Positions 30,623 to 40,043 of a stretch of DNA of 64,000 bases are shown in pieces (positions within the stretch are counted from its first letter, which is position 1; the number at the start of each line of letters is the position of its first letter). The notes beneath the pieces were generated by a model. That model was not told the DNA's origin. It searched no databases and saw only the letters and a program-made list of their open reading frames with translations. Both the position numbers and the translations under genes were made by a program. The stretch comes from an uncultured Enterobacteriaceae bacterium (GTDB lineage Bacteria; Pseudomonadota; Gammaproteobacteria; Burkholderiales; SG8-39): NCBI GenBank assembly GCA_964617355.1, contig CAZTXP010000037.1, positions 2,270-66,269 of the forward strand, in the 5' to 3' direction.

Positions 30623-31438
30623 CCGCGCCCTGACCGCGAGGCTCTGCGTCGCGCGGCCGACGAGGCCCTCCTCGTCGAACAGGCGCGACTCGGCGAGCCC
30701 GCCACCCTCGTCGCAGAAATACGACTGCGAGTCGACGCAGATCCACTCGCCGCGCGGCACGCGCAGGAGATTGATCGTCAGGTCCGAGTTCGCGAAGGTG
30801 AACTTGCGGAAGTCGAGCACCGCGCTGATGCCGTTGCCGGAGTCGGCGGCGACCGCGACGCGCTCCAGCGGCCGCGGCGATTCGCCCGCGACCAGCGGAT
30901 GCCGCAGGCGGAACCACACGGCCGACGGCGTGCGGAACGGACGGCCGGTGGCGACGCGCGTCTGCACGAGCTCCGGGTAGCCCACCATGTCCGTGACGAT
31001 CGGCATGCGCGCCTCGACCGATTCGTCGACGCGCTTCGGCGCCTGCGGCAGCGGATGGCCGGGGACGTCCGCGGGCAGTGCGATTGCCTGCTCGCGCTGC
31101 GCCACCGCGGTGAAGCGCGCGACCTCCTTGCCCTCGGCCTCCAGGGTCGCGGCGAAATGCGCGACGCCCTTGCCGGCGTATTCGGTGCGCACCTCGAAGG
31201 CGAGTTCGCCGATCGGGATCGGCCGGATGAGGTTCGCGGTGAGGCGCGCGACGTGCGTGTACTCCATCGCCGCCGCCGCGCGCTCGATGGCGCCGCCCAC
31301 CAGCGCGATCGGCGGGCCGGCGTGCTGGTGCGCCGGGCTCCACGGCCCGCGCGTGAGTTCGGTGGCGCGATAGCGATCCCCGGCACGCTCGTACGCGCAC
31401 GCGGGGATCTTCGCGAGTTCCGTGTGCGGCGTGGTCAT
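30617..31438 (-). CDS. Thioesterase-family protein (hot-dog fold)
   Basis: TRGPWS..HQHAGPP, AADSGNG, FANSDLTINL.R.P.GEW. Confidence 0.85.
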   Translation of the reverse strand: MTTPHTELAKIPACAYERAGDRYRATELTRGPWSPAHQHAGPPIALVGGAIERAAAAMEYTHVARLTANLIRPIPIGELAFEVRTEYAGKGVAHFAATLEAEGKEVARFTAVAQREQAIALPADVPGHPLPQAPKRVDESVEARMPIVTDMVGYPELVQTRVATGRPFRTPSAVWFRLRHPLVAGESPRPLERVAVAADSGNGISAVLDFRKFTFANSDLTINLLRVPRGEWICVDSQSYFCDEGGGLAESRLFDEEGLVGRATQSLAVRARG

Positions 31439-32583
31439 CGCGCCACGAGGTCGGGCGTGATCTCGGCGAGGTTGCGCGCGCCGCAGAGCTGCATCGCGCG
31501 CACGAACTCGCCCTGCAGGATGGACAGCGCCCGCGCCGCGCCCTCCTCGCCGCCGGCCATCACGCCGTAGAGCGTCGCGCGGCCGACCTGCACCGCGGTC
31601 GCACCGAGCGCGCGCGCCTTCAGCACGTCGACGCCGCGGCGCACGCCGCTATCGACCAGCACCGGCACCTTGCCGCCCGCCCCCTGCACCACGTCGGGCA
31701 CCGCGTCCAGCGTGCCGAGCGCGCCGTCGAGCTGCCGCCCGCCGTGGTTCGACACCACGATCGCGTCCACGCCCATCGAGGCGAGGCGCATGGCGTCGTC
31801 GCCGCGCTCCACGCCCTTCACCACCAGCTTGCGGGGCCAGCGCTCGCGCAGCTTCGCCAGTTCGTCCCAGTCGAAGCTCGCATCCATCTCGCGGCCGACC
31901 GACGAGGCGACGTCGGTCGCCTTGGTCGACGACGCGACGAGGCCTTCCAGGTTCGCCATCTGCGGCATGCCGTGCCGCGCCATGTCCCAGAGCCACGCCG
32001 GCTTGGCCCACATGTCGCGCGAGTTGCGCCAGCTCGGCTTGAAGTTGGACGCGAAGTCGTTCCGGAGGTCGCGCTCGCGCTTGCCGCCCACGGGCAAGTC
32101 GACCGTCAGCACCAGTGCCTCGTAGCCCGCCGCCTCGGCGCGCGCGATCAGGCGCTCGCGCACCTTCAGGTTGCGCAGCACGTAGAGCTGGAACCAGAGC
32201 CGCCCGCCCGCCTGCTCGGCGACCTCTTCGATGGAACACATCGCCGGCGTGGCGAGCGTGAACGGGATGCCCATCGCCTTCGCCGCGCGCGCGATCATGA
32301 TCTCGGCGCCGCGCCGGCCGATGCCGATGGCGCCGGTGGGCGCGATCACGATCGGCGACGCGGCGGGGCCGCCAAGGAGTTCCAGCTTCGTGTCGACCTC
32401 GGCGACGTTCACCAGCACCTTCGGGCGCAGGCGCACGCGCTCGAAGGCCTCGCGGTTGCCGCGCAGCGTGGTCTCGTCTTCCGCGCCGCCGTCGAAGAAA
32501 TCGAAGATCGCGCGCGGCAGGCGCCGCTTCGCGATCAGCCTCAGGTCCGCGATGTTCGCGGCGTGCTTCAACGCATCCGACAT
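31435..32583 (-). CDS. FMN-dependent alpha-hydroxy acid dehydrogenase (lactate/mandelate dehydrogenase family)
   Basis: FDFFDGGAEDE, WFQLY, LTVD.P..GKRE, SNHGGRQLD, DSGVRRG. Confidence 0.92.
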   Translation of the reverse strand: MSDALKHAANIADLRLIAKRRLPRAIFDFFDGGAEDETTLRGNREAFERVRLRPKVLVNVAEVDTKLELLGGPAASPIVIAPTGAIGIGRRGAEIMIARAAKAMGIPFTLATPAMCSIEEVAEQAGGRLWFQLYVLRNLKVRERLIARAEAAGYEALVLTVDLPVGGKRERDLRNDFASNFKPSWRNSRDMWAKPAWLWDMARHGMPQMANLEGLVASSTKATDVASSVGREMDASFDWDELAKLRERWPRKLVVKGVERGDDAMRLASMGVDAIVVSNHGGRQLDGALGTLDAVPDVVQGAGGKVPVLVDSGVRRGVDVLKARALGATAVQVGRATLYGVMAGGEEGAARALSILQGEFVRAMQLCGARNLAEITPDLVAR

Positions 32584-32622
32584 GGGCCGCAGTTTACCCG
32601 CCGGCCAGGATGCACTCCTCGC

Positions 32623-33258
32623 TCAGGCGCGGCCGTACCCCTCCTGCCGCAACCTTACCGAGAGGTCGGCGCCGTTGACCACCACGCGCGCGATCGAGCG
32701 GCCGTAGCCGTCGACCGCGATCCGCCAAACCTGTACCGCGCCGCTGGAGAGCAGCTGCTGCAGCCGCGCGCGCGCCGCGGCGCCCTGCGGCGTCGAGGGA
32801 TCAAAGGTCTGCATCCCCGAGAGCACGTAGGTCACGCCACCCGCCACGAACGACGCGCCATCCACCGCGAGGAACGGCCCCGCAAGCGTGCGCCACGTGC
32901 TCGCAGCAGGGGGCGGCACCGGCGCGCCGTAGGGCGTCGGCGCAACGTAGGCGGGAGGCGGCACGTAGACCGGCGCCGGGACATAGGCCGGCGCGACGTA
33001 GGCGGGCGCCACGTAGGCGGGTGCGACGTAAACAGGACGCGGCACCACGACCACGCGCGGCGCAGAGTAGGCGACGGCCGGCGCGCCACGGTAGCTAGGC
33101 CCGTGGTGATGGTGCGAATGCGCGTGGGAGTGCGAGTGAGCGTGCGAGCCGCGCGAGGACGACCCGCCGCGCGCCGCGTGCGCTGGAACGCTGGCCACGG
33201 CGGCCGCGCCGAGCAGCGCGGCGGCGAACGCGAGGCGGTGTTTCGCTATCCCGTACAT
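32623..33258 (-). CDS. Exported protein: His/Ser-rich and VAPAY-repeat region plus degenerate thermonuclease (SNase-like) domain
   Basis: Signal peptide, HAHSHSHAHSHHHH, Pro-rich repeats, then AVDG...DGYGRSIARVVVNG.DL...L..EGYG. Confidence 0.65.
   Translation of the reverse strand: MYGIAKHRLAFAAALLGAAAVASVPAHAARGGSSSRGSHAHSHSHAHSHHHHGPSYRGAPAVAYSAPRVVVVPRPVYVAPAYVAPAYVAPAYVPAPVYVPPPAYVAPTPYGAPVPPPAASTWRTLAGPFLAVDGASFVAGGVTYVLSGMQTFDPSTPQGAAARARLQQLLSSGAVQVWRIAVDGYGRSIARVVVNGADLSVRLRQEGYGRA
32981..33025 (-). repeat. Three 15-bp coding repeats (VAPAY)
   Basis: Plus-strand units ACATAGGCCGGCGCG / ACGTAGGCGGGCGCC / ACGTAGGCGGGTGCG. Confidence 0.8.
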
Positions 33259-33387
33259 GGCGGGCATCCTAAACCCGCCGACCCCGCGGATAAGGACTTT
33301 TACAATTGCACGACGGGCACCCGCATAATGGCGCCTCCCGGCAACTGGCATGCGGCGCCGCAACAGCGGAACCGCCGCGGAGAATTC

Positions 33388-34242
33388 ATGGAAACCATCG
33401 CCTTCATCGGCACCGGCATCATGGGCGTGCGTCAGGCAGCGAACCTCGTGCGCGCCGGCCACCCGCTCGTCGCCTACTCGCGCACGCCGTCGAAGGCCGA
33501 CCCGCTCGTCGCGCTCGGCGCGACAGTCGCGCCGACGATCGCCGACGCGGTGAAGGGCGCCGACGTCGTCATCACGCTGATCGGCGCGCCGAAGGACGTC
33601 GAGGAGGTGTACTTCCAGCACGTGCTCGGCGCCGCGAAGCCCGGCGCGCTGCTCATCGACATGACCACCTCGAGCCCGAAGCTCGCCGAGAAGATCGCCA
33701 CCGCGGCCCGGGCCAACGGCCTGCGCGCGCTGGACGCGCCGGTCACCGGTGGCGAGCAGGGCGCGCGCGAAGGCACGCTCACCATCCTCTGCGGCGGCAC
33801 GCAGGAAGACTACGACGCCGCGCTGCCGATCCTGCAGCGCATGGGAAAGACGATCGCGCGCTTTGGCGGTCCCGGCGCCGGCCAGCGCGCCAAGGCGGTG
33901 AACCAGATCATCGTGCAGCAGAACGTGCTCGCCGCGGTCGAGGGCCTCGCGTTCGGCAAGCGCGCCGGGCTCGATGTCGAGGTACTGCTGCAGACGCTGC
34001 AGACCGGCACCGCGGATTCCAAGGCGCTGCGCTTCCAGGCCACGCGCGCGATCCGCGGCGACTTCACGCCCGGCTTCTACCCGGCGCATGCGCTGAAGGA
34101 CCTCGAGATCGCGATCGAGGAATCCGACGCCCTCGGCATGGACCTGCAGGGCCTGAAGAACATGCGGGACCGGTGGAAGGAACTCTTCCGGCGCTACCCC
34201 GACGCCAACTCCATTCAAGACATCATCCGCCTCTATCTCTAG
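33388..34242 (+). CDS. NAD(P)-dependent oxidoreductase, 3-hydroxyisobutyrate dehydrogenase family
   Basis: FIGTGIMG, LIDMTT, LDAPVTGG, K..NQ catalytic motif. Confidence 0.9.
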   Translation: METIAFIGTGIMGVRQAANLVRAGHPLVAYSRTPSKADPLVALGATVAPTIADAVKGADVVITLIGAPKDVEEVYFQHVLGAAKPGALLIDMTTSSPKLAEKIATAARANGLRALDAPVTGGEQGAREGTLTILCGGTQEDYDAALPILQRMGKTIARFGGPGAGQRAKAVNQIIVQQNVLAAVEGLAFGKRAGLDVEVLLQTLQTGTADSKALRFQATRAIRGDFTPGFYPAHALKDLEIAIEESDALGMDLQGLKNMRDRWKELFRRYPDANSIQDIIRLYL

Positions 34243-34250
34243 GGAACACC

Positions 34251-35168
34251 ATGGCAAAACGTCTCGAGGGCGTCCTCTCGCCCGTCATCACCCCGTTCAA
34301 GAAGGACCTCTCGCCGGACCACGACCGCTTCGTGAAGCACTGCAAGTGGCTGCTGCGTAGCGGCTGCTCCGGGCTCGCGGTGTTCGGCACCAACAGCGAG
34401 GCGAACTCGATGGCGGTCGAGGAGAAGCTCGAACTGCTGGATGCGCTGATCAAGGGCGGCGTGCCCGCCGACGCGCTGATGCCCGGCACCGGCCACTGCG
34501 CGCTCACCGACTCGGTGAAGATGACGCGCGAGGCGGTGCGCATGGGCTGCGCGGGCGTGCTGATGCTGCCGCCGTTCTACTACAAGGGCGTGCCGGACGA
34601 GGGGCTCTTCCGCAACTTCGCCGAGATCGTCGAGCGCGTGGGCGACGACCGCCTGCGCCTCTACCTGTACCACATCCCCCCGGTGGCGAACGTGCCCATC
34701 ACGCTGGAGCTGATCGACAGGCTGATCACGCGCTACCCCGGCATCGTCGTCGGCGCGAAGGATTCCTCCGGCGACTGGTCGAACACCAAGGCGGTGCTCG
34801 ATCGCTTCAAGGACCGCGGCTTCGACGTCTTCCCCGGCAGCGAGGTGTTCCTGCTCGATGGCCTGCGCGCCGGCGGCAAGGGCTGCATCACCGCGACCGG
34901 CAACGTGAACCCCGGCCCGATCAACGAAGTGTTCAAGAACTGGCGCGGCCCCGATGCGGATCGGCTTCAGGCCGGCATCACCGCGACGCGCTCGATCGTG
35001 CAGAAGGTGCCGATGATCCCGGCGCTGAAGGCGATCACCGCGCACTTCGGCAACGACCCGGCGTGGAAGACGGTGCGCCCGCCGCTCGTCGAGCTGTCGG
35101 ACGCGCACGAGAAGCAGGTGATCACCGAACTGAAGTCGGCCGGCTTCTCGATGCCGGGCCTAGCCTAA
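34251..35168 (+). CDS. DapA-like class I aldolase/lyase
   Basis: VITPF, FGTNSEA (non-canonical GTTGE), LYHIP, Schiff-base GAKDSSGD. Confidence 0.88.
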   Translation: MAKRLEGVLSPVITPFKKDLSPDHDRFVKHCKWLLRSGCSGLAVFGTNSEANSMAVEEKLELLDALIKGGVPADALMPGTGHCALTDSVKMTREAVRMGCAGVLMLPPFYYKGVPDEGLFRNFAEIVERVGDDRLRLYLYHIPPVANVPITLELIDRLITRYPGIVVGAKDSSGDWSNTKAVLDRFKDRGFDVFPGSEVFLLDGLRAGGKGCITATGNVNPGPINEVFKNWRGPDADRLQAGITATRSIVQKVPMIPALKAITAHFGNDPAWKTVRPPLVELSDAHEKQVITELKSAGFSMPGLA

Positions 35169-35172
35169 CCCC

Positions 35173-36135
35173 ATGCGCCGCGCCCTCGCCGCCATCGCGC
35201 TCGCCGCCGTCACAGGCATCGCGGGCGCCCAGGACACCTTCCCCTCGCGCACCGTGCGCATGATCGTGCCGTTCGCGCCCGGCGGCGGCATCGACGTGCT
35301 CGGCCGCGCGATCGGCCAGAAGCTCTCCGAGCGCTGGAAGCAGCCGGTGGTAATCGAGAACCGCCCCGGCGCGAGCGGCGCGATCGGCACCGAGCTCGCC
35401 GCCAAGGCGCCGGCCGACGGCTACACGCTCCTCATGTCGGTGAACACCATCGTCATGGTGCCGAGCCTCAGCCCGAAGGCGCCCTACGACCCGGTGAAGG
35501 ACTTCGCGCCGGTGTCCACGGTCGCGCTCGGGCGCCTGTCGCTGGTCGCGCATCCGTCGCTCGGCGTGAAGAGCGTCGCCGAGCTGCTTGCCCATGCGAA
35601 GAAGGACCCGGGCAAGCTGAACTACGGCTCGCCCGGCAACGGCACGCCGCACCACCTGTCGATGGAGCTCTTCAAGCAGCGCACCGGCTTCGAGATCACG
35701 CACATCCCGTACAAGGGCTCGGACGGGTTCCTGGCCGGCATCCTCTCGGGCCAGACGCAGGCGGTGTTCATGCCGATCCACCAGGCGCTGGCGCAGGTGC
35801 AGGCCGGCAAGCTGGTGATGCTCGCCGCGGGCGGCAAGGAACGCGCCTCGGTGACGCCGAACGTGCCCTCGCTCGCCGAGGCCGCCGGGATCTCCGACAT
35901 GGACGTGGACATGTGGTACGCGGCCTACCTCCCGGCCGGCACGCCGCGCGAGATCGTGCAGCGCGTGAACGCGGACATCAATGCGGTGCTGAAGATGCCC
36001 GAGGTCGCCGAGACGCTCGGCAAGCAGGGGCTCACGCCGATGGGCGGCGCGAGCGAGGCGCTCGCGGCGATCACGGTTGCCGACCTCGCGCGCTGGGCGC
36101 GGGTCATATCGAACGCGAAGATCAAGGCGGACTGA
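35173..36135 (+). CDS. Bug/TctC substrate-binding protein
   Basis: FPSRTVRMIVPFAPGGG, ENRPGASG, DGYTLL, HIPYKGS. Confidence 0.93.
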   Translation: MRRALAAIALAAVTGIAGAQDTFPSRTVRMIVPFAPGGGIDVLGRAIGQKLSERWKQPVVIENRPGASGAIGTELAAKAPADGYTLLMSVNTIVMVPSLSPKAPYDPVKDFAPVSTVALGRLSLVAHPSLGVKSVAELLAHAKKDPGKLNYGSPGNGTPHHLSMELFKQRTGFEITHIPYKGSDGFLAGILSGQTQAVFMPIHQALAQVQAGKLVMLAAGGKERASVTPNVPSLAEAAGISDMDVDMWYAAYLPAGTPREIVQRVNADINAVLKMPEVAETLGKQGLTPMGGASEALAAITVADLARWARVISNAKIKAD

Positions 36136-36137
36136 AC

Positions 36138-37376
36138 ATGCACGCGATCATCGTCGGCGGCGGCATCGGCGGGCTCACGCTCGCGCTCGCGCTGCACAAG
36201 GCCGGCATCTCCTGCAAGGTCTACGAATCCACCCCGGAGCTGCGCGCCATCGGCGTCGGCATCAACCTGCTGCCGCACTCGACGAAGGTCCTCGACGAGC
36301 TCGGCCTGCAGGACGAACTCGCACGCGTCGCCGTCACCACCAGGGAAGCGGCCTTCTTCAACCGCTTCGGCCAGTTCGTGCACCGCGAGCCCTCCGGCAC
36401 CTACGCGGGCTACCCATGGCCGCAGTTCTCGATCCATCGCGGCGACCTGCAGATGGTGCTCGCGGCCGAGGTGCAGAAGCGCCTTCCGCCCGGCACGCTG
36501 GTCACCGGCTGGAAGTGCACCGGCTTCACGCAGGACGAGCGCTCCGCGACCGCCAGCTTCGTCGACGCCGCCGGCCACGCGCTGCCGCCGCAGTCGGGCG
36601 ACGTGGTCATCGCCTGCGACGGCCTGCACTCCGTGATCCGCAAGAAACTCCACCCGGACGAAGGCGAGCCGCGCTACTCGGGCGTCAACATGTGGCGCGG
36701 CGTGACGCGCTGGAAACCCTTCCTCTCCGGCGCGAGCATGACGCGCGTCGGCTGGCTGGTGCCGGGCAAGATGGTGATCTACCCGATCCGCAACAACGTC
36801 GACGCCGAGGGCCGCCAGCTGGTGAACTGGGTAGCCGAGGTGACGACGCCCAAGTACGAGAAGCGCGACTGGAACCGCCTCGGCAAGCTGGAGGACTTCC
36901 TGCCGGTGTACGCCGACTGGAAATTCGACTGGCTCGACGTGCCCGCGTTCCTGAAGGCCTCGGACATCATCCTCGAGTTCCCGATGATCGACCAGGACCC
37001 GCTGCCGTTCTGGACCAAGGGCCGCGTCACGCTGCTGGGCGACGCCGCGCACCCGATGTACCCGCGCGGCTCCAACGGCGCCGGGCAGGCGATCCTCGAT
37101 GCGCAAGCGCTGGTCGACGCCTTCGTCGCGGAACGCGACCCGGTGCGCGCGCTCGCCGCCTACGAGGCGAAGCGCCTGCCGGCCACCTCCGAGGTGGTGC
37201 TCACCAACCGCAAGAACCCGCCCGACGCCATCCTGCGCGAAGTCTGGCAGCGCACCGGCGACAAGCCCTTCAAGAACATCGACGACGTGATCACGAAGGA
37301 CGAGATCATGGCGATCTCGGACGGCTACAAGAAGGTCGCGGGCTACGACAAGGCGGCGGTCGCCGCGGGGAGGTAG
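36138..37376 (+). CDS. Flavin-dependent monooxygenase (group A, PhzS-like)
   Basis: GGGIGG, SIHRGDLQ, DG fingerprint ACDGLHS, DQDPLPFW, LLGDAAHPMYPRGSNGAGQAILDA. Confidence 0.88.
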   Translation: MHAIIVGGGIGGLTLALALHKAGISCKVYESTPELRAIGVGINLLPHSTKVLDELGLQDELARVAVTTREAAFFNRFGQFVHREPSGTYAGYPWPQFSIHRGDLQMVLAAEVQKRLPPGTLVTGWKCTGFTQDERSATASFVDAAGHALPPQSGDVVIACDGLHSVIRKKLHPDEGEPRYSGVNMWRGVTRWKPFLSGASMTRVGWLVPGKMVIYPIRNNVDAEGRQLVNWVAEVTTPKYEKRDWNRLGKLEDFLPVYADWKFDWLDVPAFLKASDIILEFPMIDQDPLPFWTKGRVTLLGDAAHPMYPRGSNGAGQAILDAQALVDAFVAERDPVRALAAYEAKRLPATSEVVLTNRKNPPDAILREVWQRTGDKPFKNIDDVITKDEIMAISDGYKKVAGYDKAAVAAGR

Positions 37377-37378
37377 CG

Positions 37379-37744
37379 ATGGCGCAGGAACCGCTCGCGC
37401 GCAAGGGCAACTACCTGCACATCTACGACTTCAAGGTCGTGGCCGACAAGATCGACGAGTTCGTGCGCCTGTTCAACGAGTTCGACTACGGCGACGACAA
37501 TCCGATGCACAAGTCGAGCGCGCAGGTGAAGGACGGCGTGCTGGTGCAGGACGTCGCCGACCCGACGCACTTCTGGCTGGTCGCCGAGTGGGCCGACATC
37601 GAGGTGCACGCGCGCATCCGCAAGGTGCTGGTCGAGATGAAGCCCGCGTTCATCCAGCACATCGAGGGCGGCAGGTTCGTGCCCGCCTACGGCAAGGTGG
37701 TGTCTGCGACGCCACAGGAGATCCTCGACAAGGCGAAGGGCTGA
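37379..37744 (+). CDS. Dimeric alpha+beta barrel (ABM-like) protein
   Basis: 122 codons, preceded by GGGAGG; pattern F.V..DKIDEF...F, DPTHF.LVAEW.D...H. Confidence 0.6.
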   Translation: MAQEPLARKGNYLHIYDFKVVADKIDEFVRLFNEFDYGDDNPMHKSSAQVKDGVLVQDVADPTHFWLVAEWADIEVHARIRKVLVEMKPAFIQHIEGGRFVPAYGKVVSATPQEILDKAKG

Positions 37745-37803
37745 AGCACGGCCCTCGGGCGTCCGGGATCGACCCGTCTGCAAACCGAGAGGTGGACAGG
37801 ACC

Positions 37804-38667
37804 ATGACGACCCTGAAAGCGATGCTGGCCGCCGGCGACTTCGTCGTCGCGCCCGGCGTGTTCGAGATGTTCTCGGCGAAGATCGCCGACCGCATGGCCT
37901 TCAAGGCCCTCTACATGACGGGCTACGGCATCTCGGCCTCGCACCTCGGCGTGGCCGACGCCGGCCTCGTCACCTACCGCGACATGGTGGAGCGCGCGCG
38001 CACCATCGCTTCCGGCACCTCGAAGCCCTTGATCGCGGACGCCGACACCGGCTTCGGCGGCTTGCTCAACGTGCGCGAGACCGTGCGCGGCTACGAGGCT
38101 GCCGGCGTGCAGGCGGTGCAGATCGAGGACCAGGAAGTGCCGAAGAAATGCGGGCATACGCCGAACCGGCGCGTCGTGCCGCTCGCGGACGCGGTGCGCC
38201 GCATCGAGGTGGCGGTGGACGCGCGGCGCAGCACCGACACGCTCGTCATCGCGAGGACGGATGCGCGCACGGGCCTCGGGCTTGACGAAGCCATCGCGCG
38301 CGGCAAGGCCTTCGCCAAGGCCGGCGCAGACATCCTCTTCATCGAAGCGCCGGAGTCCGAGGACGAGTTCCGCCGCGTCGGAGACGCGCTGGCAGGGGAG
38401 GCGAAGCTGCTCGCCAACATGGTGCCCACCGGCAAGTCGCCGGTCGTCGCTGCGGAAAAACTCAAGGCCTTCGGCTTCTCGATCGCCATCTACCCGAGCG
38501 CCGGCATGGGCACGGCCTGCGCGGCGCTCGACGCGGCGTATCGCTACCTGCTCGAGCACGGCAGCACCGAGGGTTCGCCGGTGCCGGCCTACGACATGAA
38601 GCAGCTGCATGAACTGGTCGGCTTCCCGGACGTCTGGGACTTCGAGAAGAAATACGTCGAGCGATGA
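37804..38667 (+). CDS. Isocitrate lyase/PEP mutase superfamily lyase (2,3-dimethylmalate/methylisocitrate lyase-like)
   Basis: ADADTGFG, IEDQ..PKKCGH, ARTDA, FIEAP, ANMV. Confidence 0.9.
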   Translation: MTTLKAMLAAGDFVVAPGVFEMFSAKIADRMAFKALYMTGYGISASHLGVADAGLVTYRDMVERARTIASGTSKPLIADADTGFGGLLNVRETVRGYEAAGVQAVQIEDQEVPKKCGHTPNRRVVPLADAVRRIEVAVDARRSTDTLVIARTDARTGLGLDEAIARGKAFAKAGADILFIEAPESEDEFRRVGDALAGEAKLLANMVPTGKSPVVAAEKLKAFGFSIAIYPSAGMGTACAALDAAYRYLLEHGSTEGSPVPAYDMKQLHELVGFPDVWDFEKKYVER

Positions 38668-40043
38668 AGACGCTGTTCGCCAAGGTCTGGGACGCGCACG
38701 TGGTCGCCGACCTCGGCGGCGGCGTCGCGCTCTTGCACATCGACCGCCACCTGCAGCACGACCTCGGCGGCGGGCGCTCGCTCGAGTCGCTGCGCAAGCG
38801 GGGCCTGAAGGTGCGCAATCCCGAACTCACGTTCGCCACCGCCGACCACGTGGTCGAGACCGAACCCGGCGTGAAGGGCAGCCGGCACGACTGGGCGATC
38901 AAGCTGCTGGATTCGCTTCGCACCGAGACCAAGGCCGCGGGCGTGCGCCTCTTCGACGTCGGCGAGGACGGGCAAGGCATCGTGCACGTGGTGGCGCCGG
39001 AACTCGGCATCACCCTGCCCGGCCTCACCGCGGTCTGCGGCGACAGCCACACCTGCACCAACGGCGGCATCGGCGCGATGGGCTTCGGCATCGGCGCCAC
39101 CGAGATCGTGCACGTGCTCGCCACGCAGTGCCTCGTCCAGTCGCGGCCCAGGACCATGCGCGCGAGCTTCGACGGCGAGCGCCGCCCGGGCGTGCACGCG
39201 AAGGACCTCATCCTCGCGCTCGCCGGCCGCATCGGCACCGCGGGCGGCGTCGGCCACGCGATCGAGTACGCCGGCCCTGCGATCCGCGCGCTCGGCGTGG
39301 AGGAACGCCTCACGCTCTGCAACCTCACCGTGGAACTCGGCGCGAAGATCGGCATGGTGGCGCCGGACGCGACCACCATCGACTGGCTGCGCGGCCGCCG
39401 CTTCGCACCGAAGGATCGCGCTTTCGACGCCGCCGCCGAGCAATGGCTCGCGCTCGCCACCGACGCCGGCGCGAGCTTCGACCGCGAGGTCGCGCTCGAC
39501 GCTTCGGCGATCGCACCGCAAGTGACATGGGGCACCAGCCCCGAGGACGTCATCGCCGTCGATGGGCGCATCCCCTCGCCCGCCAGCGACGCGAAGCGCG
39601 AGGCGCTCGCCTACATGGGCCTCGACGCGGGCGCGCCGCTCGCCGGCACGAAGGTGGACCGCGTGTTCATCGGCTCGTGCACCAACTCGCGCCTGCCCGA
39701 CCTGCGCGCAGCCGCCGCCGTGGCGAAGGGTCGCAAGGTCGCGAAGCACGTGCGCGCGTGGGTGGTGCCCGGCTCGGTGGCGACGCAGCGCGCCGCCGAA
39801 GCGGAGGGCCTGCACGAAGTCTTCCGCGCCGCCGGCTTCGAGTGGCGCGACCCGGGATGTTCGCTCTGCGTCGGCGCGAACGGCGAGCTGGTCGAGCGCG
39901 AAGCGCGCTGCGTGTCGACCTCGAACCGCAACTTCGTCGGCCGCCAGGGCCCGGGCGCGCGCACGCACCTCGCGAGCCCCGTCACCGCCGCCGCGAGCGC
40001 GATCGCCGGCGTGATCGCCGACCCGAGGGAGTTCCTGTCGTGA
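38664..40043 (+). CDS. leuC: LeuC-like aconitase-family hydratase large subunit (probably a catabolic paralog)
   Basis: KTLFAKVWDAH, GDSHTCT, FIGSCTN, PGCSLC [4Fe-4S] cysteines, STSNRNF.GRQG. Confidence 0.85.
   Translation: MKTLFAKVWDAHVVADLGGGVALLHIDRHLQHDLGGGRSLESLRKRGLKVRNPELTFATADHVVETEPGVKGSRHDWAIKLLDSLRTETKAAGVRLFDVGEDGQGIVHVVAPELGITLPGLTAVCGDSHTCTNGGIGAMGFGIGATEIVHVLATQCLVQSRPRTMRASFDGERRPGVHAKDLILALAGRIGTAGGVGHAIEYAGPAIRALGVEERLTLCNLTVELGAKIGMVAPDATTIDWLRGRRFAPKDRAFDAAAEQWLALATDAGASFDREVALDASAIAPQVTWGTSPEDVIAVDGRIPSPASDAKREALAYMGLDAGAPLAGTKVDRVFIGSCTNSRLPDLRAAAAVAKGRKVAKHVRAWVVPGSVATQRAAEAEGLHEVFRAAGFEWRDPGCSLCVGANGELVEREARCVSTSNRNFVGRQGPGARTHLASPVTAAASAIAGVIADPREFLS

Noticed and set aside
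33299-33329. Sigma70 promoter (TTTACA or TTGCAC with CATAAT)
   Set aside because: Spacing is 19 or 12 bp, outside the usual 16-18; not supportable from sequence alone.
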